Assembly: GCA_049322915.1 (NCBI GenBank)
Contig: JBMOPW010000026.1
Coordinates: 207,013-271,012 of the forward strand
Direction of reading: 5' to 3'
DNA length: 64,000 bases
Source: Candidatus Zhuqueibacterota bacterium
Lineage (GTDB): Bacteria; Zhuqueibacterota; Zhuqueibacteria; Thermofontimicrobiales; Thermofontimicrobiaceae
Below the pieces are notes generated by a model. That model worked only from the letters and a program-made list of their open reading frames with translations. It was not told the origin of the DNA and searched no databases. How positions within the stretch are numbered: the first letter of the stretch is position 1; each line of letters begins with the position of its first letter. Shown here one piece after another: positions 20,140-27,996 of the stretch. Position numbers and translations under genes: made by a program.

Positions 20140-20853
20140 GTATCTGTTCAGCCATAAAATTTGCTCAGAATTTGAGTCAACATTCAGATTTTCAATTAGC
20201 TAAAAGCTAAGCTATTTTGAAACTCAGTTTTTATACGTTTATTCTAAAAAGAGCACCATTCAGGTTAGCCAGCCTCCTTTAAAAATACTATGAATAATGC
20301 AGGCTGAATTATCGATTCAGAAAAGCTGAACTTGGTTTTAAAAATGGAATTGAATTTCACAGTATACGAATGAGTCGGCGCTAAAAAGGGGCTAACGCCC
20401 AAAAATCAAAGGATGATTTCTGTTTCGCCGGCTTAAAAGTCGGGGCTATTCAAGTTATCTAACTTTTTTTCAATGAATTGCCACGTCATTTATGACGTGG
20501 AAACGATATCATAACCAACGTTTCAAAGCCTTTTAAGGCTTTTCAGAGTCGACCCGGGAATGAAAATGAAGTATCCGCTCAATAAAAGATGGAAATGTCA
20601 TTGCGAGGAACGTTTTTTGTGACGAACCAATCCCGTGGTTTACTCCAGGAGATTGCTTCGTCCCGATAAATCGGGACTTCGCAATGACACGTTTTCTTAC
20701 CATAAATTATTGAGCGGATACAAAATGAAAATGACATCTTCGTGTAACGTTGTGGCTCGGTGATTTCGTGGCGAGACTACATGCCTGGATAGCGACGAAA
20801 AGTTTTTTTAACCCGGAACCGGGAACCTTTAAACCTGGAACCTGAGTAGATAC
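20140..20853. mobile_element. Outer 714-bp non-autonomous element with IS66-like ends and 8-bp target duplication
   Basis: Ends GTATCTGTTCAG / CTGAGTAGATAC (10/12 complementary); GAAATTTT on both flanks (20132-20139 and 20854-20861). Confidence 0.55.
20571..20721. mobile_element. 151-bp MITE nested in the outer element
   Basis: Perfect 15-bp TIR GTATCCGCTCAATAA / TTATTGAGCGGATAC; AAAATGAA on both flanks; internal TGTCATTGCGA / TCGCAATGACA palindrome. Confidence 0.8.
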
Positions 20854-20981
20854 GAAATTTTTTATAACGACACAATTCACATCGGCCCCAATTCATTTGA
20901 GAAGGAGGTGAGCATAACTGCGGGGGTGATTGGGGGAGAAATTAAATTTGCCTATCACTCATTCAACAAGGAGAATGCATC

Positions 20982-22454
20982 ATGTTAAAAATTCACAGGC
21001 TAATGGTGATTTTATTGACGCTCGGAATGATGGCCACCGGAGTGTCCGTCGCCGGTGTTGTGGGTGAAATTCCCATCTCAACGACATCCGATGAAGCGCG
21101 CCAGCTATTTGTCAAAGCCCGCGACCTTTTCGAAAATATGAGGCTGGACGAGTCGCGCGAGCTGTTTGAAAAGGCGGTCGCTGCTGACCCGGACTTTGCG
21201 CTGGCCTATCTGTACCGGTTCCTGGCCGGGATGTCGCAAAATGATTCTCAGAAATACCTGCAACAGGCCATCGACCACGCGAGTCGGGTCAGCGAGGGCG
21301 AGCGCCTGTTGATCGAAGCGGCTCAGTTCGATTTCTCGAACAAGGATAAAACATCGATTCAGACGCTGACAACACTGGTCACAGAATATCCAGCGGATAA
21401 ACGCTCTCACTATTTTCTCGGACTGGCGTATTTCAATTGTCTGGAGGTCGATTCGGCAATTGTCGCTCTGAAGAGAAGTATTGAAATCGCGGACGACTTC
21501 GCCTCGGCGTACAATATTTTGGGATACTGTTATTATCAGAAAGAGGATTATAGCGAGGCTGAAACCTGCTTCAGGAACTACAGTCGCCTGCTGCCGAAAG
21601 AGCCCAATCCCTACGACTCGCTTGGTGATTTATACACCCGCATGGGAAAACACAACGCGGCCATCGAGAATTACCAGAAAGCGCTCAGCTTCAATCCCAG
21701 GTTCAGCATCTCTCATGTGAAAATCGGTGACAACCTGGTTTTCATGGGGCAATTCGACCGGGCGCGGGAGACCTATCGGACTGCCATGTCGCTGGAAATT
21801 TCACCGCTTCAGAAAATTTCGGATATGCAGAAAATTGCTCTGTCCTATGTGTACGAGGGCAACGTTGCTCCGGCCATTCCGGAGATTGACCGGGCGATTG
21901 AAATAGCGATTATCAACGATCTGCCGGAGAAGCAGGCTGAAATTTTGCTGTGGAAATGCAATTTGTATTATGAGACAAATCAACTGGATCAGGCGGAACA
22001 GTGTCTGAACAGAATCAATGCCCTGGTCGCCGAATATGAATTGTCTCCCAATGCCCGGGAAAAGCTGGCCAAAACTCAAACCTATCATGAGGCGATTTTG
22101 CAAGCAAAGCTCGACAATTTCACCGATGCCTTTTTGAAAGCGGAGTTGTTCAAAACCATGATTGACACAGTCAGGTTCCCGATGGAAGCCGAACAGTACA
22201 ACACGCTGCTGGGCGCACTTCATTTCGAGAGAAACGATTACCAGACTGCCCGGCAGCATCTCACGCATGGAAATCTGAATGATCCAAAGACGCTGTACAT
22301 GCTTGCAGTCTGCGAGTCCGAATCGGGCAACAAGACAAAAGCAATTCAGCTATTCAAAAAAGTCGCCCATCGGAATGACTATGGGATGGCCGACTCATTC
22401 GTCCGCAGCAAGGCCCTGGATGAAGAGAAGCGCCTGTTGGCCGGCAACCGGTAG
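20982..22454 (+). CDS. Exported tetratricopeptide-repeat protein
   Basis: Signal peptide; multiple TPRs (DPDFALAY, AYNILGY, PNPYDSLGDLY); AAGGAG RBS. Confidence 0.88.
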   Translation: MLKIHRLMVILLTLGMMATGVSVAGVVGEIPISTTSDEARQLFVKARDLFENMRLDESRELFEKAVAADPDFALAYLYRFLAGMSQNDSQKYLQQAIDHASRVSEGERLLIEAAQFDFSNKDKTSIQTLTTLVTEYPADKRSHYFLGLAYFNCLEVDSAIVALKRSIEIADDFASAYNILGYCYYQKEDYSEAETCFRNYSRLLPKEPNPYDSLGDLYTRMGKHNAAIENYQKALSFNPRFSISHVKIGDNLVFMGQFDRARETYRTAMSLEISPLQKISDMQKIALSYVYEGNVAPAIPEIDRAIEIAIINDLPEKQAEILLWKCNLYYETNQLDQAEQCLNRINALVAEYELSPNAREKLAKTQTYHEAILQAKLDNFTDAFLKAELFKTMIDTVRFPMEAEQYNTLLGALHFERNDYQTARQHLTHGNLNDPKTLYMLAVCESESGNKTKAIQLFKKVAHRNDYGMADSFVRSKALDEEKRLLAGNR

Positions 22455-22486
22455 ATTCGGTCGATAGCGGGGCTGTCTGTTGAAAT

Positions 22487-22531
22487 AAAAAAAACACGCG
22501 GTCTGCGCCAATCCAATGGCCGCGTGTTTTT
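22487..22531. terminator. Bidirectional terminator between convergent genes
   Basis: A8-CACGCGG ... CCGCGTG-T5. Confidence 0.7.
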
Positions 22532-22635
22532 ATTTTCGATGAAAAGTCACCTGCCTGAACGATATTAAATTGATCACCGGATTCGCCAATTGGATGGCGC
22601 TTCCTGGTCTGACCTCTGCGCCCTGCCTTTATCGG

Positions 22636-23208
22636 CTACTCATGTTTGTTTTTTTTCTCCTTCACGTTGAGGGAATCCATCTCCGGAATATTGAACTTCC
22701 GGCTCAGGTTGTCCAGTTGATCCATATCAATCTTGCCAACGATATTCACGAATGTGGCTTCTTCGTTAAACTTCAGCGACATGATCAACAATCCCGCCAC
22801 ATGATTTCCCTCATTCAGGATAAAAATTTCCACCCGCTCATTGGTATCCTTCACGCGGACGATGCGCGACCAATTTTTCTTTGTCAAATCGGAGGAAAAA
22901 TTCTTGATAATTGCATTCACTTTTTCGGTCGACTTGTCCGCGACGGAAAATTGGTCGACCCGAATGAGGACAAGATTTTTTATCAGCGCGATGAGGTCGG
23001 TATCCTCTTCTTCATCGGAGGCCGCACCGATCAATGACAACAATGGCCGCGTGATGAATATTTCCACGCTCTCGTCCGATTCTTTGAATTCGTCGATTTT
23101 GCTCAGATCGACGAACCCTGGATATTTGCTGTAATCCTCCTGCCCGCGAGCGGAAAATGGGGCGATGGACATGAATATTCCCAGGAGACAAACAACACAC
23201 GTTCTCAC
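22636..23208 (-). CDS. DUF4252-family exported protein
   Basis: PGFVDL..VEIFI..WSRIVRVK..ATFVNIVGKIDM; typical position after an ECF/anti-sigma pair. Confidence 0.75.
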   Translation of the reverse strand: MRTCVVCLLGIFMSIAPFSARGQEDYSKYPGFVDLSKIDEFKESDESVEIFITRPLLSLIGAASDEEEDTDLIALIKNLVLIRVDQFSVADKSTEKVNAIIKNFSSDLTKKNWSRIVRVKDTNERVEIFILNEGNHVAGLLIMSLKFNEEATFVNIVGKIDMDQLDNLSRKFNIPEMDSLNVKEKKNKHE

Positions 23209-23771
23209 GATTCTCCTCCGTTAAAAATTGGCTTGATTGCTGTTTTGATCGACGATTTCAACGGCTTGACCACATGTTCGGGCAGCACATTGGACTCCAG
23301 GATGAGCTGGGTTTCACTGGTGATTTTATTAAAATAAGACAGCGCCATTTTGACCTTGCTTTTCGCCTGGTCAATCTCCTGCTGCGTGTAGTGCGGTTCC
23401 GGCTGAGGCGGACGCGCTCCTCTCGGATGGAAGAACAGGAACAGCAACGCAGCGCATGCGGTTGCGCCAATCAGTCCAAGCTGCCAGCGACGCCGGCCAA
23501 CCCTCGCAGCGAAGAAATCAGGCAGCCGCCGACGTCTGGCCGGGATCGCGTCCAGATTCAGGATATCCATCACCTGATTGACGACGCTATCCGGGCAGGT
23601 CTTCTTTTCGAGGCCATGCAGGGATTCGAGCATCTCGGCATAATTCTGAAAAGCCGTCCGGCAATGAGGGCATTGCTTCACATGCCGCTCAATCTGTCTT
23701 CGCTTTTTTGTATCCAGTTGATGGCTGAAAAAATCATCCATCCATGTTTCGCACTCTGCACAGTTCATCAC
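23205..23771 (-). CDS. Anti-sigma factor with zf-HC2 zinc finger
   Basis: C..HVKQCPHC motif and a single TM helix. Confidence 0.88.
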   Translation of the reverse strand: MMNCAECETWMDDFFSHQLDTKKRRQIERHVKQCPHCRTAFQNYAEMLESLHGLEKKTCPDSVVNQVMDILNLDAIPARRRRLPDFFAARVGRRRWQLGLIGATACAALLFLFFHPRGARPPQPEPHYTQQEIDQAKSKVKMALSYFNKITSETQLILESNVLPEHVVKPLKSSIKTAIKPIFNGGES

Positions 23772-23772
23772 G

Positions 23773-24303
23773 TTATCCCTGTGAAAAATATGGTTGTAAA
23801 TATTTGAACAACATCTTCCGGCCCCGGTGGAGATACACTTTGACAGAATTCACCGGGATGTCCATGGCAGCCGCGATGTCCTCGTATTTCTGGTCGTGAA
23901 TTTCTCTCATGATAATGGCATCCTTGATCTTCGGGGGCAGCGTTTGTATGGCCTGAAAGAGCTTATCTTTCAAATCCATTTGGATGGCAATTTGTTCCGG
24001 GTTCGTCTCATCCGGCGCCTGGTCCAGGAGCGATTCCTGTTCATCCGCGTTGGCGCCCAGCCGCGACGCCGGCAATTCATTCCGGCGACGACTCAAATCG
24101 ATGCACAAATTTCGCGTGACTTTGAGCAGCCAGCTTTTCACCGCATTGGGCTCGATTCGCTCCTGATAATTCCAGAGTTTGAGCAGCACATCCTGCGTTA
24201 CATCTGCAGCGTCATCCGTGTTTCCTGTGAAATAATAAGCCTGACTGAAGATGAGATCTTTGTACTGAGCCACATTTTTATTGAACAGGTTCTTTTTCAT
24301 CAT
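23773..24303 (-). CDS. ECF sigma-70 factor
   Basis: DAADVTQDVLLKLW, SWLLKVTRNLCID, YEDIAAAMDIPVNSVKVYLHRGR. Start shortened relative to the ORF track. Confidence 0.92.
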   Translation of the reverse strand: MMKKNLFNKNVAQYKDLIFSQAYYFTGNTDDAADVTQDVLLKLWNYQERIEPNAVKSWLLKVTRNLCIDLSRRRNELPASRLGANADEQESLLDQAPDETNPEQIAIQMDLKDKLFQAIQTLPPKIKDAIIMREIHDQKYEDIAAAMDIPVNSVKVYLHRGRKMLFKYLQPYFSQG

Positions 24304-24456
24304 GCACATACAAAACGTATGACGACGAACAATTGTTACAGTCGATTCTCGCGAGGGGCAAGTGCGTTGGCTGGCAATTTTCACAATCGACACTGATTTT
24401 CTCACGCTCACCGCTTTCATCGCCGGGCATATTCCGCCGATTCGCCCGACCTGTGG

Positions 24457-24485
24457 AAGGTAGCCATTTTCTTATTGATTGTCAA
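24457..24485 (-). promoter_or_regulatory. Sigma70 promoter TTGACA-17-TACCTT for the ECF operon
   Basis: Motif match on the - strand. Confidence 0.5.
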
Positions 24486-24595
24486 GATGATAAATTTACT
24501 TCGGGTTCCCGCTTTAACAAATTTTAATAATCAAATTTTTTATCTTGGAATTTTGAGATTTTTTTCCTATCGTTAAAGGAATTTTTTTCAGCACA

Positions 24596-24808
24596 CCGGA
24601 AAGTGAGATCGATTCAGGAAAGATTCGCCATAATCCGAAAGGTTAATGTTCAGTCATTTGCAGTCCGATAGGCCTGCCAACCGATCGTTCGGTATAATCA
24701 TCCCGAACGGTACACTGATTCGGAGCGCTGGATGAATATCCAGCGCGATCATATGGCTAAACAATGACTCCGCAAGAAATAACCACGACTCATTTATCTC
24801 ACTGCCGG
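24596..24808 (+). ncRNA. Candidate structured 5' leader RNA (unassigned family)
   Basis: Several nested complementary segments found by eye (see findings); ends ~40 nt before the ABC ATPase start. Confidence 0.35.
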
Positions 24809-24845
24809 AGTTCATCAGGCATCGTTAAAAGGAGACTCTCAAAAA

Positions 24846-25733
24846 ATGGATAATGTGATCGAATGTAAAAATCTCACCCACTATTATGGCAGCAAACTCA
24901 TATTCGAAAATATGAGCTTCAATGTCAGGAAAGGCAGCATCTTCGGCCTATTGGGCAAAAATGGCACCGGCAAAACGACGACCATCAACATCCTCAATGG
25001 CTTTCTTCAGCCCAGACACGGCCAATGCCTGCTGTTCGGCGAGGATTCCCAGAATCTGACGCCGAGGACCAAAGCCAGGATCGGTTTTCTGATGGAAGGT
25101 CATATTCAATACAGCTTCATGGACATCTACCAGATCGAGAGATTTTACGCCCGGTTCTTTCCCAACTGGAAGAAAGAGCCGTACTTCGAGCTGATGAGCA
25201 AGCTGGAAATTTCGCCGAAGCAGAAAATCTCCCGAATGTCATGCGGCCAGCGTTCCCAGGTGGCGCTGGGACTCATCCTCGCCCAGGACCCGGAACTGAT
25301 GATTCTGGACGATTACTCCATGGGACTCGATCCGGGCTATCGGCGCCTGTTCATCGATTACCTCTCCGAATACGCCAAAGCGGAGAACAAAACCATCTTC
25401 GTCACATCGCACATCATTCAGGATCTGGAGGTGCTCATCGACGAAGTCATGATTCTCGGCTATCGGAATATTTTGCTCTCCATGTCATTCAAGGAATTTC
25501 TCGCGCAATTCAGGAAATACAAATTTGAGGTCGTCAACGACAAGCTCAAGTTGCCTGCCAATGAACTGATCAGGAATTTTGAGCTAATCAAAAACCACGC
25601 GACCATCTATTCATTCTATTCTCAGGTTGAAATTGAAAAGTTTTTACACTCCGAACAGATTGAGTATAACAATTTCAATGAGGCGCCCATGACTCTCGAA
25701 GACGCATTCATCGGCATCACCGGCAAGTATTGA
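24846..25733 (+). CDS. ABC transporter ATP-binding protein
   Basis: GKNGTGKTT, MSCGQ, MILDD, TSH; AAGGAG RBS. Confidence 0.92.
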   Translation: MDNVIECKNLTHYYGSKLIFENMSFNVRKGSIFGLLGKNGTGKTTTINILNGFLQPRHGQCLLFGEDSQNLTPRTKARIGFLMEGHIQYSFMDIYQIERFYARFFPNWKKEPYFELMSKLEISPKQKISRMSCGQRSQVALGLILAQDPELMILDDYSMGLDPGYRRLFIDYLSEYAKAENKTIFVTSHIIQDLEVLIDEVMILGYRNILLSMSFKEFLAQFRKYKFEVVNDKLKLPANELIRNFELIKNHATIYSFYSQVEIEKFLHSEQIEYNNFNEAPMTLEDAFIGITGKY

Positions 25734-25868
25734 TTTCTTCGGCCGCCGTTCTGTTCCGATGGCCGGCGCGAAAACGTGGTGAAAGCCCGTCTGTTGACTG
25801 CGGAACCATGTCGGCGGCTCCCATGCGTCAATGCGATTGATTTCTACACATCCAATTCAGGAGGTTTC

Positions 25869-26537
25869 ATGTTCAAGGCAATCATTTACAAAGAATGGCT
25901 GAAAATCCGCTGGTGTTATCTCGGCATGGCCGCGGTGACGCTGTTTGCATTGCTGTACATCCACTTAAAATTAGCGCATGATTTGAAATTCAGCGAAGCC
26001 ACCAGCTACTGGTACTATGCCATTTTTCGCGGAGTTAAATTCTACGTGGAATTCAAATACATCCCGTTTTTAGCCGGGCTGGTCGTCGCCTTCACCCAGT
26101 TCATCCCGGAAATTAGCATGAAGCGATTGAAGCTGACCCTGCATTTGCCCATGCGGGAGAATAAAATTTTGGTGCAAATGATGTTGGTCGGAGTTGCGGC
26201 GCTCGCAGCGCTCTATCTGATCGCGCTCATTCTTTTGAGCATCATCGCGATGAGAGAATTCCCCATCGAAATGCTGAATAGCCTGCTGATCAGCACGGCT
26301 CCCTGGTTTCTCGCCGGTCTCGTGGCGTACCTGGCCGTTTCCATGATTATCCTGGAACCGCTCTGGATGCGGCGGATTTTGTTGATCCTCATTTCAGCAG
26401 GATTCATCAATTGTCTGTTCACCTCGTACTGGTACGACCTCTATTCCAAATCTCTGCCGGTTTTCGTTCTGCTGGGATTATTCTTCAGCACTTCTATTTT
26501 GCTCTCAGCTCATCGATTTAGAAAAGGAGTCATGTAA
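25869..26537 (+). CDS. Six-TM membrane protein, probable ABC permease
   Basis: MFKAIIYKEWLK.. QFIPE..KRLKLTLHLP; hydrophobic segments; GGAGG RBS. Confidence 0.75.
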   Translation: MFKAIIYKEWLKIRWCYLGMAAVTLFALLYIHLKLAHDLKFSEATSYWYYAIFRGVKFYVEFKYIPFLAGLVVAFTQFIPEISMKRLKLTLHLPMRENKILVQMMLVGVAALAALYLIALILLSIIAMREFPIEMLNSLLISTAPWFLAGLVAYLAVSMIILEPLWMRRILLILISAGFINCLFTSYWYDLYSKSLPVFVLLGLFFSTSILLSAHRFRKGVM

Positions 26538-27778
26538 TGGTCATTAAAATTACCCGAATACTCTTGCTCGTCATTGCAATTATCGTCGCTGCCATCTATC
26601 TGCCCCATTTTTACTGGATGATTTTTGACATCAATATCCGAACCCCGTACGTCATGTACAGCGCCGTGACCGATGATTTCATGTTCTATCGCTACCGAAA
26701 TCAGGAGCTGTTTTACGTGGACAAACAGGGCAAAGAATATAGCAGGGATCAATTCGAAGAACTGCTCCCGTTACAGAATTACCGACAGCTCAGTTCCAGC
26801 GGGAAAATGCCGGACTCCCTGCGCGGACAGAAAATCGATATCCGCGACGTACGGGACAATAATATCACCTACCGCGTGACGCCCGAAGATTTCGACAATC
26901 TGCAGATTCAGCTCTATCCTTTGTTTGAATCCCAGTCCGGGCGCGTGCGGCTGGAAATGCCCCGGGAGTTCTTCCGAATTGCCCGGCGAATGGAGTTCAT
27001 CGATGCGGATAAGAATGAAGTCAACGAGGAAATGTCGGCGCGATTCACCTCGGCATTGACAGCACAGGGATTTCAATTTCCTGCGAAATTAATTTCAGGC
27101 AATCCCAATCCCAAAAAGGCGTTCGATGAAGGCTATTTTGTTGTGGACGCCGGCAATGCTGTCTTTCATCTCAAGCAGGTGAAGGGCGAACCGTTCTGCG
27201 TCAAGACTGCCATTCCATCCGACATCCCGATTGCCGCTATCGTGATGAGGGAATTCAGCCTGCGCGAATTCTACGGACTTCTTTTCACTCAGGCCAACGA
27301 TGTCTATCTCATCAGCTACGAAAACTATCAATTGATAAAACTGCCGATTGAGGGCTACAATCGCGAAGCCGATGTATTCACCCTGTCCGCGGATTTATTC
27401 TTCCGCGTGATGACACTGCGTTCGGACAGTGAGATCCGGGCATTTGTCACAGACCGCGATTACAAGATCATCAACACCTATTCGGAAACATGGAAGACAA
27501 AATTTCAGATGACGCGCGGCATCGTCGCCAGTTACCTGTTCCCATTTTCCATCGAACTGACTGCCGCGAAAAGTAAACTGGTCAATCTCTATTTCCATTT
27601 TTCCAGTTGGCATTATTTCCTGGGCAATCTCTTTTTCTTCGTCCTGGCGATTGGCCTGCTGCTCTGGAAAAAGAGCCCAGTTTCCAATAACATCTTCGAA
27701 TTGACAGTCATTCTTGTGACCGGGGTGTACGGGCTGGTTGCGGTTTTAATTTTCGAGAAGGTAGGAAAGACAATCTGA
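26537..27778 (+). CDS. DUF4857-like membrane-anchored protein
   Basis: LYPLFESQSGRVRLEMP, GNPNPKKAFDEGYF; TAATG coupling to the previous gene. Confidence 0.7.
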   Translation: MVIKITRILLLVIAIIVAAIYLPHFYWMIFDINIRTPYVMYSAVTDDFMFYRYRNQELFYVDKQGKEYSRDQFEELLPLQNYRQLSSSGKMPDSLRGQKIDIRDVRDNNITYRVTPEDFDNLQIQLYPLFESQSGRVRLEMPREFFRIARRMEFIDADKNEVNEEMSARFTSALTAQGFQFPAKLISGNPNPKKAFDEGYFVVDAGNAVFHLKQVKGEPFCVKTAIPSDIPIAAIVMREFSLREFYGLLFTQANDVYLISYENYQLIKLPIEGYNREADVFTLSADLFFRVMTLRSDSEIRAFVTDRDYKIINTYSETWKTKFQMTRGIVASYLFPFSIELTAAKSKLVNLYFHFSSWHYFLGNLFFFVLAIGLLLWKKSPVSNNIFELTVILVTGVYGLVAVLIFEKVGKTI

Positions 27779-27996
27779 AGACGGGCGCCCGGTTTCATTC
27801 GCAGCTTCGAATGATGCCGGGATAACTGCGATTCGCGGAGGCAGATAGAAGTTCAACCAATGGAATCCCCAGACTGTCCAAAGGACCGATTGCAATCAGA
27901 GTGAGCGGCCAGCGCCGTTCACTCTGTGATTTCAATTTCAGCCCGGTCGAATAACGCCCCGGACAAATCTTCTGCCTGCGCGGGTCTGGCATTGCC

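Noticed and set aside
24610..24680. Fluoride or cobalamin riboswitch
   Set aside because: TTCGCCATAA..TAATG resembles the fluoride motif but the 5' GGCGATGG is absent. GGCCTGCC resembles the end of a B12 box but the GGGAA/CCGGTG/ACTGT core is absent.
27795..27992. Nucleoside hydrolase remnant (LTLIAIGPL)
   Set aside because: Only a 9-residue resemblance and no other family motif.
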